Below are positions 36,928-37,129 of a stretch of 37,129 nt of DNA, piece after piece. A model generated the notes under the pieces. It had not been told where the DNA came from and made no database searches. It was given only the letters and a program-made list of their open reading frames with translations. The position numbers and the translations under genes are program-made. The stretch lies in IMG/VR virus record IMGVR_UViG_3300021365_000046, positions 1 through 37,129 of that record; one strand, given 5' to 3'. This DNA comes from a virus (lineage: Duplodnaviria; Caudoviricetes). Numbering within the stretch: the first letter of the stretch is position 1; each line of letters opens with the position of its first letter.

Positions 36928-37129
36928 TTATAAGATATACATCATATCATCTTTTAACATTTTTCTCATTTCGTCTTTACTGAATTGAGGGATTGGTTTT
37001 CTATTAGCATCCATTTTAAATGCAGGAAGGAATTCTCTTCCCTCTTCATCAGATAATTGTGGAGTAGCATAAATTTCAACATCACCATTACTATGGATTT
37101 CTACATACCCCATATCTTCAACAGCATAA
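36928..37129 (-). CDS. Hypothetical protein, 5'-truncated by the window edge
   Basis: The frame stays open upstream of the ATG at 37113 (YAVEDMGY...) to the end of the window. Confidence 0.55.
   Translation of the reverse strand, partial: YAVEDMGYVEIHSNGDVEIYATPQLSDEEGREFLPAFKMDANRKPIPQFSKDEMRKMLKDDMMYIL

Noticed and set aside
333-36983. All plus-strand ORFs in the track (e.g. 12178-12519, 12637-13014, 16453-16845, 23956-24336)
   Set aside because: They are antisense shadows of well-supported minus-strand genes, with Ser/Ile/Phe-rich mirror composition and no motifs.
1-37129. Stop-codon reassignment, introns/inteins, tRNAs, reverse transcriptase/DGR
   Set aside because: Core genes are full length in the standard code with no interruptions; no cloverleaf or RT motifs were seen by eye.

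Overview
A 37 kb, very AT-rich segment of a large tailed dsDNA phage with T4-like morphogenesis genes (contractile tail). Essentially all real genes are on the minus strand and read in the standard code. In transcription order (right to left): an array of small acidic proteins sharing an MDNFDLKKYLAEGRL tag; a FAD oxidoreductase; a P-loop kinase; an overlapping spanin-like pair; terminase; portal; head-core proteins; protease; scaffold; major capsid; PhoH; neck gp13/14/15; sheath; tube; a gp26-like chaperone with a probable frameshifted extension; tape measure; baseplate genes including a hub-lysozyme fusion; then a small family-A polymerase-like protein, gp32-like SSB, RecA/UvsX and a 5'-3' exonuclease. 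A Bacteroidota host is inferred from SD-less A-rich starts, a TTTG/TAnnTT-type promoter and a Gln-after-signal-peptide protein. The most notable signals are: (1) a repeat-tagged cassette array that looks like a capsid-targeting/protease-processed cargo polyprotein system; (2) a +1/-2 slippery U7 site fusing gp26-like and gp51-like frames; (3) two promoter classes (TTTGG-N15-TTCGTATATT and ATATTTATAA); (4) several candidate structured 5' leaders. All functional calls come from motif recognition and synteny; no database searches were run.
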